64,000 nucleotides of DNA from Marmoricola sp. (GCA_051961835.1 JBQCCW010000287.1:522-64521); one strand, 5' to 3'; shown: positions 19,166-28,505, numbered from the stretch's first letter. Translations and numbers: made by a program. The notes: a model not told the origin generated them from the sequence alone.

Positions 19166-20254
19166 GGACCCCTCGGAGGCTGCTCGCCGCAGCGCCGACA
19201 CCGTCGACCGAATCACGTTGAGCGTGCGGTCGAGCTCGTCGGCCACCTCCTCCAGGCGGGCGCGTACGGCGGGATCCGTCACGTCCTCGCGCGCCACCTG
19301 GACCTGCAGCCCGATCCCGAAGAGCCGCTGCATCACCTGGTCGTGCAGGTCGCGGGCGACCCGCTCGCGCTCGGTGAGGTCGCGGACGGTGCCGACCGCC
19401 TCCCCCGCCTGGGCCCGGTCGAAGGCGAACGCGGCCTGACCCGCGAACGCACACAGCAGCCCGACGGCCTCCGGATCGGGACTGCTCGCGAACGTGGCGA
19501 GCAGGGCCGCGGTGCCCTTCACCTCCGAGTGCATCGGGGCGACGGCCATGAGGGCCGGCCCCTTGCCGCTGGAGGAGGCGAGCCGGAGCAGCTCCGGCCC
19601 GGCGCCGATGCCGCGGTCGCGGAACCAGTGGGTCGCCTCCAACAGTGGCTCGAAGCGCGACCAGCGCTGTCCGGCCACGGCGAGCGGCTGGACCAGCTCC
19701 CCCTTCCGGCGGACGAGCGCGACACCGGCGGCGCCGGCCAGGTCACGCGCCATCCCGACCACCTCGGCGAAGGCCGCCCCGAGGTCGAGCGGCGGCGCGA
19801 ACACCTCGACCAGCGCCGCGGACGCCTCGAGCCAGCGCAGTCGCTCCTCGCTGCGGACCGCGGCCTGCTCGCCGGTCAGGGCGAGGCCCGCGAGCGTGGC
19901 GAGCGCTGCGGTCACCTCGCTCAGCGCTGTCGCGTCGCCGCCGGGTGCGCCCACGACGACCAGGCGCGCGGCGATCCGGCCGGACACGAGGACCGGCTCC
20001 TCGGCCCGACTGCCACCGACACCGACGCCGAGACCGACACCGTCGGCGTCGGGATCGGGATCGGACCCCGTCGCCGCCCAGATCGCGGTGGAGCCGGTCG
20101 CCTCGTCCGGGGGTGCGCTCAGCAGCGCGACGTACCGAGCGCCGGTGAGGACGCGGACGGCGTCGAGCAGCCGTCCGATCACCGGGGGCGCGGCCCGCTG
20201 TCCCCCTTCCCCCAGATCGGTCCTACCTCCCATATCGGGAGGGTACGGCTGCAC
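19151..20254 (-). CDS. Histidine-kinase-like protein (degenerate GAF-like region plus HisKA_3) lacking the ATPase domain; start uncertain
   Basis: ERERVARDLHDQVMQRLFGIGL H-box; ORF ends about 60 aa after the His with no N/G boxes. Confidence 0.75.
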   Translation of the reverse strand: MQPYPPDMGGRTDLGEGGQRAAPPVIGRLLDAVRVLTGARYVALLSAPPDEATGSTAIWAATGSDPDPDADGVGLGVGVGGSRAEEPVLVSGRIAARLVVVGAPGGDATALSEVTAALATLAGLALTGEQAAVRSEERLRWLEASAALVEVFAPPLDLGAAFAEVVGMARDLAGAAGVALVRRKGELVQPLAVAGQRWSRFEPLLEATHWFRDRGIGAGPELLRLASSSGKGPALMAVAPMHSEVKGTAALLATFASSPDPEAVGLLCAFAGQAAFAFDRAQAGEAVGTVRDLTERERVARDLHDQVMQRLFGIGLQVQVAREDVTDPAVRARLEEVADELDRTLNVIRSTVSALRRAASEGSSEEP

Positions 20255-20297
20255 TCGGCCGGTGGGAACGGCCCGCAGAAGCGGCGAGGGCGCCGGC

Positions 20298-20540
20298 TCA
20301 GCGCTCCTCGTCGGTGTGTTGGGCCAGCTGCTCGGCCAGCGAGGCGACGTCCTCGTCGCGCGCCACGGAGGCCTTGTTGGTCGTCTCCACGTCGTGGAGG
20401 AGCTCGGCCCGGTGCACGCGCACGGACCGGGGCGCGTCGATCCCGACGCGCACGACGTCGCCGCGCACCTCCAGGACGGTCACCGTGATGTCGTCACCGA
20501 CCACGATGCTCTCGCCCACCCGGCGGCTCAGGACCAGCAT
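20298..20540 (-). CDS. csrA: Carbon storage regulator / translational repressor
   Basis: MLVLSRRVGESIVVGDDI...VRVGIDAPRSVRVHRAEL. Confidence 0.97.
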   Translation of the reverse strand: MLVLSRRVGESIVVGDDITVTVLEVRGDVVRVGIDAPRSVRVHRAELLHDVETTNKASVARDEDVASLAEQLAQHTDEER

Positions 20541-20546
20541 GGATCC

Positions 20547-20552
20547 ACGCTA
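20547..20552 (-). promoter_or_regulatory. Putative -10 box (TAGCGT) for leaderless csrA transcript
   Basis: TAnnnT hexamer 6 nt before the ATG; no SD present. Confidence 0.5.
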
Positions 20553-20610
20553 CCCGGCGGTACCGACGTCCGGCGGCGCCGGGCCGCTCGACACGACCGG
20601 CAGCGGGCGC

Positions 20611-21042
20611 TCAGGCGACGAGCGGCGCGTGCAGGGAGAGGCTCGGGTCATCGAGGACGACCTGTGCAGCCTGCCCCGTCGGCACGTTGAGCAGGATCGG
20701 CGCGAGCAGGTTCGCCGTCGTGGTGGCCAGCGAGGAGCCGGCGGTGAGCAGCACCAGCACCAGCACGTCCTCGACCGCCCGGATGCCGAGCTCGTCGACC
20801 ACGCTGTCGTCGACGACCGGGGAGTACGCCGGGAAGAAGCGGCCGGCGGGCACCAGCAGGAACCGCAAGTCCGGGTCGTCCAGCGACCGCAGCGCGTAGA
20901 GCGACCCGTCCTCGGCCAGCTGGGCGAGGGTGTAGCGCCGCGCGGTCGGGAACCCGAGCAGGGGGCGGACCAGCTCGACGACGGGCTCGACCGGGGTGGT
21001 CGCGTCGGTCGACGGTGCGGCGTGGACGCGGGTGCTGGTCAT
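20611..21042 (-). CDS. fliW: Flagellar assembly factor, CsrA antagonist
   Basis: PLLGFP, LRSLDDPDLRF, TANLLAPILLN and QVVL motifs; adjacent to csrA. Confidence 0.93.
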   Translation of the reverse strand: MTSTRVHAAPSTDATTPVEPVVELVRPLLGFPTARRYTLAQLAEDGSLYALRSLDDPDLRFLLVPAGRFFPAYSPVVDDSVVDELGIRAVEDVLVLVLLTAGSSLATTTANLLAPILLNVPTGQAAQVVLDDPSLSLHAPLVA

Positions 21043-21097
21043 GCGGTCCTCCCGGAAGGAGCGGTGCGAGCGAGCGGGGGCTTCGACGTTGCTGATG

Positions 21098-21994
21098 TCA
21101 CCGCAGGAAGTCCAGCAGTGAGGGTTGGACGACCTTGGCGGTCACGGCGAGCGCGGCCTGGTAGGCCACCTGCTGGCTCTGCATGTCGACGGTCGCCTTG
21201 GCGATGTCGACGTCCTCGACGCTGCTCAGCTGGGTGGTCAGCGCGAGAACCGCGTCGTTGGCGGTGTCCACGGCCTTGTCGACCCGGTTCTCGCGAGCGC
21301 CGACGTCGGAGACGGCTGCCTGCACACGGCTCTGGCTGGTCGTGATCGCGCCGAGTGCAGTGGTGATGCCGGCGGTGTCGCCGGAGCGAAGTGCGTTGCT
21401 GAGCGAGGCGAGGTCGTCGAAGACAGAGCCGCCGTCGGGGCCGAAGGCCTTCGCGCCGTCGACGTTGACCGGCACGGCCGCGTTCGGGCCGATGGCGCGA
21501 GTCACGTCGCCCGGCGTACCGACATAGGCGATCGTGCCGGTGCCGTCCACGGCGAAGGCGACGGAGCCACCGGTGACGCCACCGAACAGCGGCCGGTCCA
21601 GGTACGTCGTGTTGGCCGCGGCGAGCACCGACTGTCGGATCTGGTCGACCTCGGTGGCCAGCGCCTCCCGGGCGGCGGGAGTGTCGTTCGAGGCGTTGGC
21701 GCCTTGCAGGGCCAGGTCGCGGGCGCGGGCGAGCAGGGTGTTGACGCCCTGCAGGGTGCTGTCGGCGAGGTTCAGCCAGCCCTGGCCGTCCGAGGCGTTG
21801 CGGGCGAACTGCTTCTGCTGCGCGATCGAGGCGCGCAGCCGCATCGCCGTCGTGGTGTCGGTGGGCGAGTCCGAGGGGCGGTTGAGCACCTTGCCGGTGG
21901 TGATCTGCTCCTGGGTCTTCGACAACCGGGTGAGGCTGGTCTGGATGGAGACGAGCGCGGCGTCGCTCATCATCCGCTGGGTGATCCGGGTCAT
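21098..21994 (-). CDS. flgL: Flagellar hook-associated protein 3
   Basis: QEQITTGK..NRPSDSP, RPLFGG and SLLDFLR motifs. Confidence 0.95.
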   Translation of the reverse strand: MTRITQRMMSDAALVSIQTSLTRLSKTQEQITTGKVLNRPSDSPTDTTTAMRLRASIAQQKQFARNASDGQGWLNLADSTLQGVNTLLARARDLALQGANASNDTPAAREALATEVDQIRQSVLAAANTTYLDRPLFGGVTGGSVAFAVDGTGTIAYVGTPGDVTRAIGPNAAVPVNVDGAKAFGPDGGSVFDDLASLSNALRSGDTAGITTALGAITTSQSRVQAAVSDVGARENRVDKAVDTANDAVLALTTQLSSVEDVDIAKATVDMQSQQVAYQAALAVTAKVVQPSLLDFLR

Positions 21995-23409
21995 CAGCCG
22001 ACTCCCATCCGGTTGATCAGGGTGTCGAGCATCGAGTCGATCGTGCTGATCACCCGGGAGGCGGCCTGGTAGCCCCGCTGGGCGGTCATCAGGTTCACGG
22101 TCTCCTCGTCGATGTTGACGCCGCTGAGCTGCTCACGGGAGTTGTCGACCTGCGTCGTGAGCGCCTGCTGGTTGGCGGCGAGGCGCTGGGCGGAGGCGAC
22201 CTGGGTGCCGAACCCGTTGACCAGCCGCTGATAGGCGTTGTCGGCATCGGTGAGGCCGGCCATCGTCGCGGCGTTGCTGCCGTCGAGGGCGCCGCCGGGC
22301 AACGCCGAGGCGGCGATCCTGTTCGGGTCGGTGATGTTCACACTGAGGGAGCCGGCGATGTTCGTCGGGTCGTAGGTGAACAGCGGCTGGGTGCTCACGG
22401 TGCCGTCGAGCTCGTAGACCGGGGCGGCCGGCGTGCCCAGCTGCACCGCGTTCACCTGATCGGCGAAGGTCCGTGCCACGTCGTTCAATCCCTGCCGGTA
22501 CGCCGGCAGCGTGACGTTGAGGAGCTCGGTGACGGCGCCGACCTCGCCGGTCATTCCCGCGGTCGGGACGGGTGCGACCGTGCCGTCGGGCGCGGTGATG
22601 GTGAAGCCGACGGGGCTGCCGTCCGCAGCGCCGGTCGAGGTCACCCCGCCGGAGAGAGCGAAGGTGGAGGCGGTCTGGCCACTCACCAGCGTCACGCCGC
22701 CCAGCGTCACCTGGGCCAGGCCGTTCGTGTCCAGGGTCGTCGTCGCTCCGGTCAGCTCGGCGAGCCGCGCGGTCAGCTGGTCGCGCTTGTCCAGCAGCGT
22801 GTTGGTCTCCGACCCGGCGAGCTGGGCGCTGGCCAGGTTGCGGTTGGTGGCGGCGAGGTCGCCGGCGACCGTGTTGACCTCGTCGACCTGGCTGAGCACC
22901 TGCGAGCGCAGGTCGCTGGTCTCGTTGTCGATGTTGGCGGCCTGCACCCGGATCGCGTCGCTCACCGTGGCCGCCGCGGACAGCAGCTGGCTCCGAGCTG
23001 CCGCCTGGCCCGGGTTGTTGACGAGGTCCTGCACGGCGTCGTGGAAGGTGGAGAACGCCGCGGCCACACCGTTGTCGCCGGGCTCGCCGATCCCGCTCTC
23101 CACCCGCTCCAGCACCGCCTGGCGGGTGTCGAGGTAGGACTGGCGGCCGTGCTCGACCCGGGACCGGGCATCGAGGAACGGGTCGACCATCCGGTCGACG
23201 CTGGCGACGTCGACGCCGCCCCCGACGCCGTCGTACCGGGACCACAGGGCGGGCTGCGAGGGCGAGCCCATCGCGCTCAGCCCCGCGCGGCGTCGGGTGT
23301 AGCCGGCCGTGTTGGCGTTGGCGACGTTGTTGTTGACCACGTCCATCGCGACCTGGTTAGCCCGCAGCGCGGTGAGGGCGGTGTTGAAGGAGCTGAACGT
23401 GCCGGTCAT
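21994..23409 (-). CDS. flgK: Flagellar hook-associated protein 1
   Basis: NNVANANTAGYTRR, LLDKRDQL and SGVNIDEE...Q.GYQAASRVI motifs. Confidence 0.96.
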   Translation of the reverse strand: MTGTFSSFNTALTALRANQVAMDVVNNNVANANTAGYTRRRAGLSAMGSPSQPALWSRYDGVGGGVDVASVDRMVDPFLDARSRVEHGRQSYLDTRQAVLERVESGIGEPGDNGVAAAFSTFHDAVQDLVNNPGQAAARSQLLSAAATVSDAIRVQAANIDNETSDLRSQVLSQVDEVNTVAGDLAATNRNLASAQLAGSETNTLLDKRDQLTARLAELTGATTTLDTNGLAQVTLGGVTLVSGQTASTFALSGGVTSTGAADGSPVGFTITAPDGTVAPVPTAGMTGEVGAVTELLNVTLPAYRQGLNDVARTFADQVNAVQLGTPAAPVYELDGTVSTQPLFTYDPTNIAGSLSVNITDPNRIAASALPGGALDGSNAATMAGLTDADNAYQRLVNGFGTQVASAQRLAANQQALTTQVDNSREQLSGVNIDEETVNLMTAQRGYQAASRVISTIDSMLDTLINRMGVG

Positions 23410-23410
23410 G

Positions 23411-23890
23411 TCACAGGCTCCGGTCCACCAGGGACGCCGGGCGGTGCGCGCCGACGACGGCGGTGCCGTCCTGGCCGTAGCCCTCGGCGGTGCCGCCCAG
23501 CGCGAGCAGGGTCTCCTGCGCGGCCCGGTAGCCCGCGGTGAGGAGCGCGCGGTTGGTGGAGGCGAGGTCGCGGACCTCGCGCGTCACCTGGAGGAAGGCG
23601 TCGCGGTGCTCGTGCAGGATCGTGCGCCAGGGCTCGTCGACGGCCGCGGCGAGCGCGCTGAGCGAGGGGTTGGAGGCGAGCCCGAGCGACCGCGCCACCT
23701 CGTCGGCGGCGACCGCGCGCAGGACCTCGGTCTCCCGGAGCGCGTCGAGGACCGACTCGACCTCGCGCGCGGCGCGGGCGAGCCAGCGGTCGCGGCCCGA
23801 GGCCAGCACCAGCTGCTCCTCCTCGAGCTTGAACAGGAGCGTGTCGAGGAGCTCCCGCTCGCGCCAGAGAATCAGCGACAGGTTCTCCAT
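23411..23890 (-). CDS. flgN: Flagellar export chaperone
   Basis: LWRERELLDTLLFKL coiled coil, N..LL motif; directly upstream of flgK. Confidence 0.85.
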   Translation of the reverse strand: MENLSLILWRERELLDTLLFKLEEEQLVLASGRDRWLARAAREVESVLDALRETEVLRAVAADEVARSLGLASNPSLSALAAAVDEPWRTILHEHRDAFLQVTREVRDLASTNRALLTAGYRAAQETLLALGGTAEGYGQDGTAVVGAHRPASLVDRSL

Positions 23891-23935
23891 CGGTCTCCCT
23901 CCGTTCTGCGCCGGCGATTGTCGGTCGCCGTCACG

Positions 23936-23961
23936 ATCGGCGTCGGCGCCGCCCGCCTGAG
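23936..23961 (-). promoter_or_regulatory. Sigma28-type promoter for flgN-flgK-flgL-fliW
   Basis: CTCA-N16-GCCGAT on the minus strand. Confidence 0.8.
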
Positions 23962-24114
23962 GGGTTTCGAGGTGACCATCCCGGAGTGGTCATTTCGGAC
24001 TATGCGGGCCGGGACGGTGGTCCTGAACTAGTCCAGCAAATGACCCGTTCCGCCCGATTCGTCTTCACAGCAGCCCCTTCGTGCACCACTCTCATCGGCG
24101 GGGAGGGAACAACC

Positions 24115-24942
24115 ATGACGAAGTGTGAGGAACGCGACGAGCTGATCACCAGCCACATGGCGCTGGTCGGTCACATCGTGCGCGAGACGATGAACCGGGT
24201 GCCCGGGCACGTCAACCGCGACGACCTGACGTCGGCCGGGTTGACCGCGCTGGTGCAGGCGGCCCGCGCGTACGACGGCAGCCGCGGCGTCCCGTTCGCC
24301 CGGTACGCCGCGACCCGCGTGCGTGGCGCGGTCCTCGACGAGCTGCGCGGCATCGACTGGGCCTCCCGCTCGGTGCGCCGGCGGGCACGCGACCTCGAGG
24401 AGACCCGCAACCGGCTCAGCGGCCAGCTCGGTCGCCCGGCGACCGACGCCGAGGTCGGCACGGCGCTGGGCCTCAGCTCCGAGGAGATCGCCGCGAACCG
24501 CGACGACGTCGCCCGCGCCTCCCTCGTCTCGCTGTCGGGCATCGCCGACACCTCGCTCGACGAGCTGCTGCCCTCCGGCGGCCTCACCCCCGAGCAGGTG
24601 GTGGAGCACGAGGAGCGGGTGGCCTACCTGCGCGAGGCGATCCAGGAGCTGCCCGAGCGGCTCCGGGTCGTGGTCGAGCAGTACTTCTTCGCCGAGCGGC
24701 CGATGGCCGAGATCGCCGCCGAGCTCGGCGTCACCGAGAGCCGGGTCTCGCAGATCCGCGCCGAGGCGCTGTCGCTGCTCAAGGGAGCGCTCACCTTCTC
24801 CCTCGAGCCCGAGCAGATGCAGCCCGAGCTGCGGCCCGACGGCTGCGCGGCCCGCCGCCGTCACGCCTACTTCGCCGCGGTGGCCGCGCGACACGGGGCG
24901 GGCGTGCGCAGCGCCGTCCCGGTGCTGGACGCGACCGCCTGA
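24115..24942 (+). CDS. fliA: RNA polymerase sigma factor, FliA/WhiG (sigma28) family
   Basis: RVRGAVLDELRGIDWASRSVR and IAAELGVTESRVSQIR motifs; ATG after GGAGGG. Confidence 0.93.
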   Translation: MTKCEERDELITSHMALVGHIVRETMNRVPGHVNRDDLTSAGLTALVQAARAYDGSRGVPFARYAATRVRGAVLDELRGIDWASRSVRRRARDLEETRNRLSGQLGRPATDAEVGTALGLSSEEIAANRDDVARASLVSLSGIADTSLDELLPSGGLTPEQVVEHEERVAYLREAIQELPERLRVVVEQYFFAERPMAEIAAELGVTESRVSQIRAEALSLLKGALTFSLEPEQMQPELRPDGCAARRRHAYFAAVAARHGAGVRSAVPVLDATA

Positions 24943-24975
24943 TCCAACACCACCAGACTTCTCCGATCGTTTTCG

Positions 24976-25001
24976 CTCAACCGCGTGCCGGTCGAGCCGA
25001 T
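24976..25001 (+). promoter_or_regulatory. Sigma28-type promoter for fliC
   Basis: CTCA-N16-GCCGAT about 70 bp upstream of the flagellin ATG. Confidence 0.85.
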
Positions 25002-25010
25002 CGGGGGGAA

Positions 25011-25064
25011 GCCGGAGCCCAGGGAGGGGCCCGGCAGGGAAGTGACTCAGGTCCTAGGGAAGGG
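25011..25064 (+). promoter_or_regulatory. Putative CsrA-binding hairpins in the fliC leader
   Basis: GCCGG-A-GCCC[AGGGAG]GGGC-CCGGC and CCT[AGGGA]AGG, the second at the ribosome-binding site. Confidence 0.75.
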
Positions 25065-25072
25065 AAATCATC

Positions 25073-26218
25073 ATGAGTCTTCGCATCAACACCAACGTGG
25101 ACGCCCTCAACGCGTACCGCAACCTGTCGACGACGCAGAACTCGATGTCGACGTCGCTGCAGCGCCTCTCCAGCGGCCTGCGGATCAACAAGGCGGCCGA
25201 CGACGCCGCCGGCCTGGCGATCTCGCAGGGCCTGCAGTCGCAGATCGGCGGCATCACCGTCGCGCTGCGCAACACCCAGGACGGCATCAACGTCGTCCAG
25301 ACCGCCGACGGGGCGCTCAACGAGACCCAGTCGATCCTGCAGCGCATGCGCGACCTCGCCGTGCAGTCGGCCAACGACTCGAACGACGACAACTCCCGGA
25401 AGGACATCCAGAAGGAGGTCACCGCACTCTCCTCGGAGCTCGACCGGATCGCCGGCAAGACCACCTTCAACAACGTCAACCTGCTGGACGGCACCTTCAA
25501 CGGCAAGCAGTTCCAGGTCGGCTATGCCGCCAACGACACCATCGGCGTGGACATCGCCTCGACGGGTGCCGCGCGGGCAGCGGCGGCGGCTACGACCGCG
25601 AAGTTCGTGTCCACCGCCGTCACCTATGACGCGACCTTGAAGGCTTCGACGGTGACGGTGAACGGCACCGCAGTCGACATGTCGGGCGTCAGCGACGACG
25701 CGAGCTTCAAGACGGCGCTCCAGACCGCACTCGGCTCGGGACAGACCGTGGCCGTTGCGAGCGGCGTAGTCACCATCACCGCCGGAACTGCTGGAGCTGC
25801 CGGAAACGTCACCGTCGCCGGCCTCACCCAGGACACGACCAACAGCGTGACGGGTGCGGATGCCGTCACCGCCGTCAACGCAGGCTCCTTCGGCGCCTTC
25901 GGCCTCGGTGTGTCATCGGTCGACATGACCACGCAGTCCGGGGCCGAGTCGGCCATCGGCGCGATCGACACGGCGATCCAGTCGGTGTCTACCTCGCGCG
26001 CCTCCCTCGGCGCCCTGCAGAACCGGTTCCAGCACACGATCAACAACCTGAGCGTGACGCAGCAGAACCTGCAGGCCTCCAACAGCGCGATCACCGACAC
26101 CGACATGGCGCAGGAGATGACCAACTTCACCCGCGCCCAGGTGCTCTCGCAGGCCGGTACGGCGATGCTCGCGCAGGCCAACCAGGCCTCGCAGAGCGTG
26201 CTCAAGCTCCTGCAGTGA
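25073..26218 (+). CDS. fliC: Flagellin
   Basis: LRINTN, RLSSGLRINKAADDAAGLAI, LGALQNRF and AQANQ...VLKLL motifs. Confidence 0.99.
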   Translation: MSLRINTNVDALNAYRNLSTTQNSMSTSLQRLSSGLRINKAADDAAGLAISQGLQSQIGGITVALRNTQDGINVVQTADGALNETQSILQRMRDLAVQSANDSNDDNSRKDIQKEVTALSSELDRIAGKTTFNNVNLLDGTFNGKQFQVGYAANDTIGVDIASTGAARAAAAATTAKFVSTAVTYDATLKASTVTVNGTAVDMSGVSDDASFKTALQTALGSGQTVAVASGVVTITAGTAGAAGNVTVAGLTQDTTNSVTGADAVTAVNAGSFGAFGLGVSSVDMTTQSGAESAIGAIDTAIQSVSTSRASLGALQNRFQHTINNLSVTQQNLQASNSAITDTDMAQEMTNFTRAQVLSQAGTAMLAQANQASQSVLKLLQ

Positions 26219-26245
26219 TCTGAGCCGATCCGTCACGGACACGCA

Positions 26246-26289
26246 CTGAGTCGGGTGGGGGACGCATCCCGCGTCCCCCACCCGCTCAG
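26246..26289 (+). terminator. Strong hairpin between fliC and fliD
   Basis: CTGAG-T-CGGGTGGGGGACGC-ATCCC-GCGTCCCCCACCCG-CTCAG; no U-tract. Confidence 0.7.
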
Positions 26290-26328
26290 CGGATCAGCGG
26301 CACCGACGTCGAGGGGAGGAGACGCTCG

Positions 26329-27720
26329 ATGAGCACCACACCGACAGCGCAGATCGGCGGCCTCGCCAGCGGCCTCGACACCACCAGCATCATCAACCAG
26401 CTCGTCGCCCTCGACGGGCAGACCCAGGCGGTCCTCAAGACCCGGGTCACCACCGAGCAGAGCTCGGTCAGCGTCCTGCAGGCGCTCAACACCACGATCG
26501 CGGCCCTCGCCACCAAGGCCCAGGCGCTCGCGACGCCCCCGGGCTCGGTGACCGCCAGCAGCCCGTGGAACGCCGTCAGCACCACCAGCTCGCTGGCCGG
26601 CGTCACCGCCACCGCGAGCACCACCGGCACGCCGACCGCCGGGTCGGTCGCATTCACCGTCGACCGGCTCGCCTCGGCGTACGGCGTCAGCTTCAACACG
26701 ACCGCCGCGCCCACGACCCAGGTCACCGGCGCCACGACCAAGGTGCAGCTCACGCTCAACTCCGGCAGCGCCACTCCGACGACGGTGCTCCTCGACTCCG
26801 GCGACGGCACGATGGCCGGACTGGTCAAGGCGCTCAACGCCTCGGGCACCGGCGTGACCGCTCGCGTGGTCACCCTCGACGACGGCACCCAGCGGCTCAG
26901 CGTCACCTCGTCGAAGACCGGGGCCGCCTCGACCTTCACCCTCACCGCCGAGGACGGCAGTGCGCTGCTCGGCGGCACCACCGTCGTCTCCCAGGCACAG
27001 GACGCCCAGGTCACCGTCGGGCCGGACACGATCCACTCCGCCACCAACACCTTCACCGGCCTGCTCGCCGGGGTGAGCATCACCCTCGGCACCTCCACCG
27101 TCCTCGGCAGCACCGCGACGGTGACGTCGACGCAGGACACGACCTCGATCGGCAACAGCGTCAAGGGGCTGGTCGACAGCCTGAACTCCGCGCTGAGCAT
27201 GATCGGCCAGGACACGGCGTACGACCCGGACCAGAAGACCTCCGGCCCCCTCTCCGATGAACCGTCGGTGCGCGCGCTGCGCGACGCGCTGGCCAACACG
27301 CTCTGGACGGCGAACGGCACCTCGATGGCCTCGGTCGGCATCCAGGTCGACAAGGACGGCAACTTCACCTTCGACGCCACGAAGTTCGCGGCCGCCTACG
27401 CCACCGACCCGGCCGGCACGATGGCGATGTTCACCAGCGGCGCCAACGGCTTCGCCGCCCGAGTGCAGGCCGTCGCGAAGAGCGCGAGCGACCCCTACCA
27501 GGGCACCCTGACCAACGCGATCACCAGCCACAACACCGCGATCAAGTCCCTGCAGGACCAGATCTCCGACTGGGACACGCGCCTGGCGATGCGCCGTCAA
27601 ACCCTCACCGCCCAGTTCACCGCGCTGGAGACGGCGATGAGCAAGATGCAGGCCCAGTCGAGCTGGCTCACCAGCCAGATCAACTCCCTGCCCTCCATGT
27701 CCTCGAAGGCGAGCAGCTGA
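26329..27720 (+). CDS. fliD: Flagellar filament cap protein
   Basis: GLASGLDT..II.QL, AQDA, SATNTF and QFTALETAMSKMQAQ motifs. Confidence 0.96.
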   Translation: MSTTPTAQIGGLASGLDTTSIINQLVALDGQTQAVLKTRVTTEQSSVSVLQALNTTIAALATKAQALATPPGSVTASSPWNAVSTTSSLAGVTATASTTGTPTAGSVAFTVDRLASAYGVSFNTTAAPTTQVTGATTKVQLTLNSGSATPTTVLLDSGDGTMAGLVKALNASGTGVTARVVTLDDGTQRLSVTSSKTGAASTFTLTAEDGSALLGGTTVVSQAQDAQVTVGPDTIHSATNTFTGLLAGVSITLGTSTVLGSTATVTSTQDTTSIGNSVKGLVDSLNSALSMIGQDTAYDPDQKTSGPLSDEPSVRALRDALANTLWTANGTSMASVGIQVDKDGNFTFDATKFAAAYATDPAGTMAMFTSGANGFAARVQAVAKSASDPYQGTLTNAITSHNTAIKSLQDQISDWDTRLAMRRQTLTAQFTALETAMSKMQAQSSWLTSQINSLPSMSSKASS

Positions 27721-28130
27721 TGTACGGCGACCCGCGCTCCACCTACCTCCAGTCCAGCGTGCAGACGGCGTCGCCGGCGCGGCTGCTCGTGCTCCTCGTC
27801 GAGCGGCTCGAGCTCGACGTCCGGCGCGGCCTCGAGGCGCAGGAGACCGGCACCTGGGACGAGGCGCACCGCCAGCTCGTGCACGCCCAGGACATCCTGG
27901 TCGAGCTCTCGAGCACGCTGCGGGCCGAGGCCTTCAACGGCGGCACCGCGCTGGCACAGCTCTACAGCTGGCTGCACGGGCAGCTGGTCAAGGCGAACAT
28001 CGATCGCGACCCGACGATCACCGCCGCCTGCCTGCCGCTGGTCGGCGAGCTCGCGTCGATGTGGCGCGAGGCGGCGCAGCTCGCCGCCGCGGAGCAACCT
28101 GCCGCCCCGTTCGCGGCCGCCGGCCGGTAG
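27720..28130 (+). CDS. fliS: Flagellin export chaperone
   Basis: Y....VQTASPARLL, AQDILVEL and L..LY......L.KAN motifs. Confidence 0.93.
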   Translation: MYGDPRSTYLQSSVQTASPARLLVLLVERLELDVRRGLEAQETGTWDEAHRQLVHAQDILVELSSTLRAEAFNGGTALAQLYSWLHGQLVKANIDRDPTITAACLPLVGELASMWREAAQLAAAEQPAAPFAAAGR

Positions 28131-28140
28131 GGCGAGGACC

Positions 28141-28461
28141 ATGGAGCGCCCTCAGCGCGCCACCGAGGCCCGTGCGGCGTGGCTCGCCGAGCTGGACCGG
28201 CTCGAGCTCGACGTCCTCGTGCTCGAGCGGCGGCTCGCCACGGGTGCCGCACCCCACGCGAGCACCTGGGAGCCCCCGACGCTGAGCTCTCCCCTTCCCC
28301 CCGAGCTGCTCGACCGCGCGCGGGCGATCGAACAGCGCCAGCTCGCCGCGCTGGCGGCGCTGCGCGAGGCCCTCGACGGCCTGGGAAGGCAACGGGCGCT
28401 CACCCAGCGGATGACCCACACGGCGCCGGAGCGCCCCGTCTACCTCGACACCCGCGCCTGA
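28141..28461 (+). CDS. Hypothetical helical protein at the FliT position
   Basis: ATG with GAGG RBS directly after fliS; C-terminal YLDTRA. Confidence 0.65.
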   Translation: MERPQRATEARAAWLAELDRLELDVLVLERRLATGAAPHASTWEPPTLSSPLPPELLDRARAIEQRQLAALAALREALDGLGRQRALTQRMTHTAPERPVYLDTRA

Positions 28462-28505
28462 TCCCGCCACCCGGGCAGAAGTCCCGGCCGTCTCGGGCAG
28501 AAAGC

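Noticed and set aside
23962-24114. c-di-GMP riboswitch upstream of fliA
   Set aside because: No GCAAA...GAAA...GACGCAAAG class I pattern or recognisable class II core on either strand
26201-26313. Sigma28 promoter for fliD
   Set aside because: CTCA to GCCGAT spacing is 19 at 26201, and the CTCA at 26285 is part of the hairpin with no GCCGA 16 nt downstream
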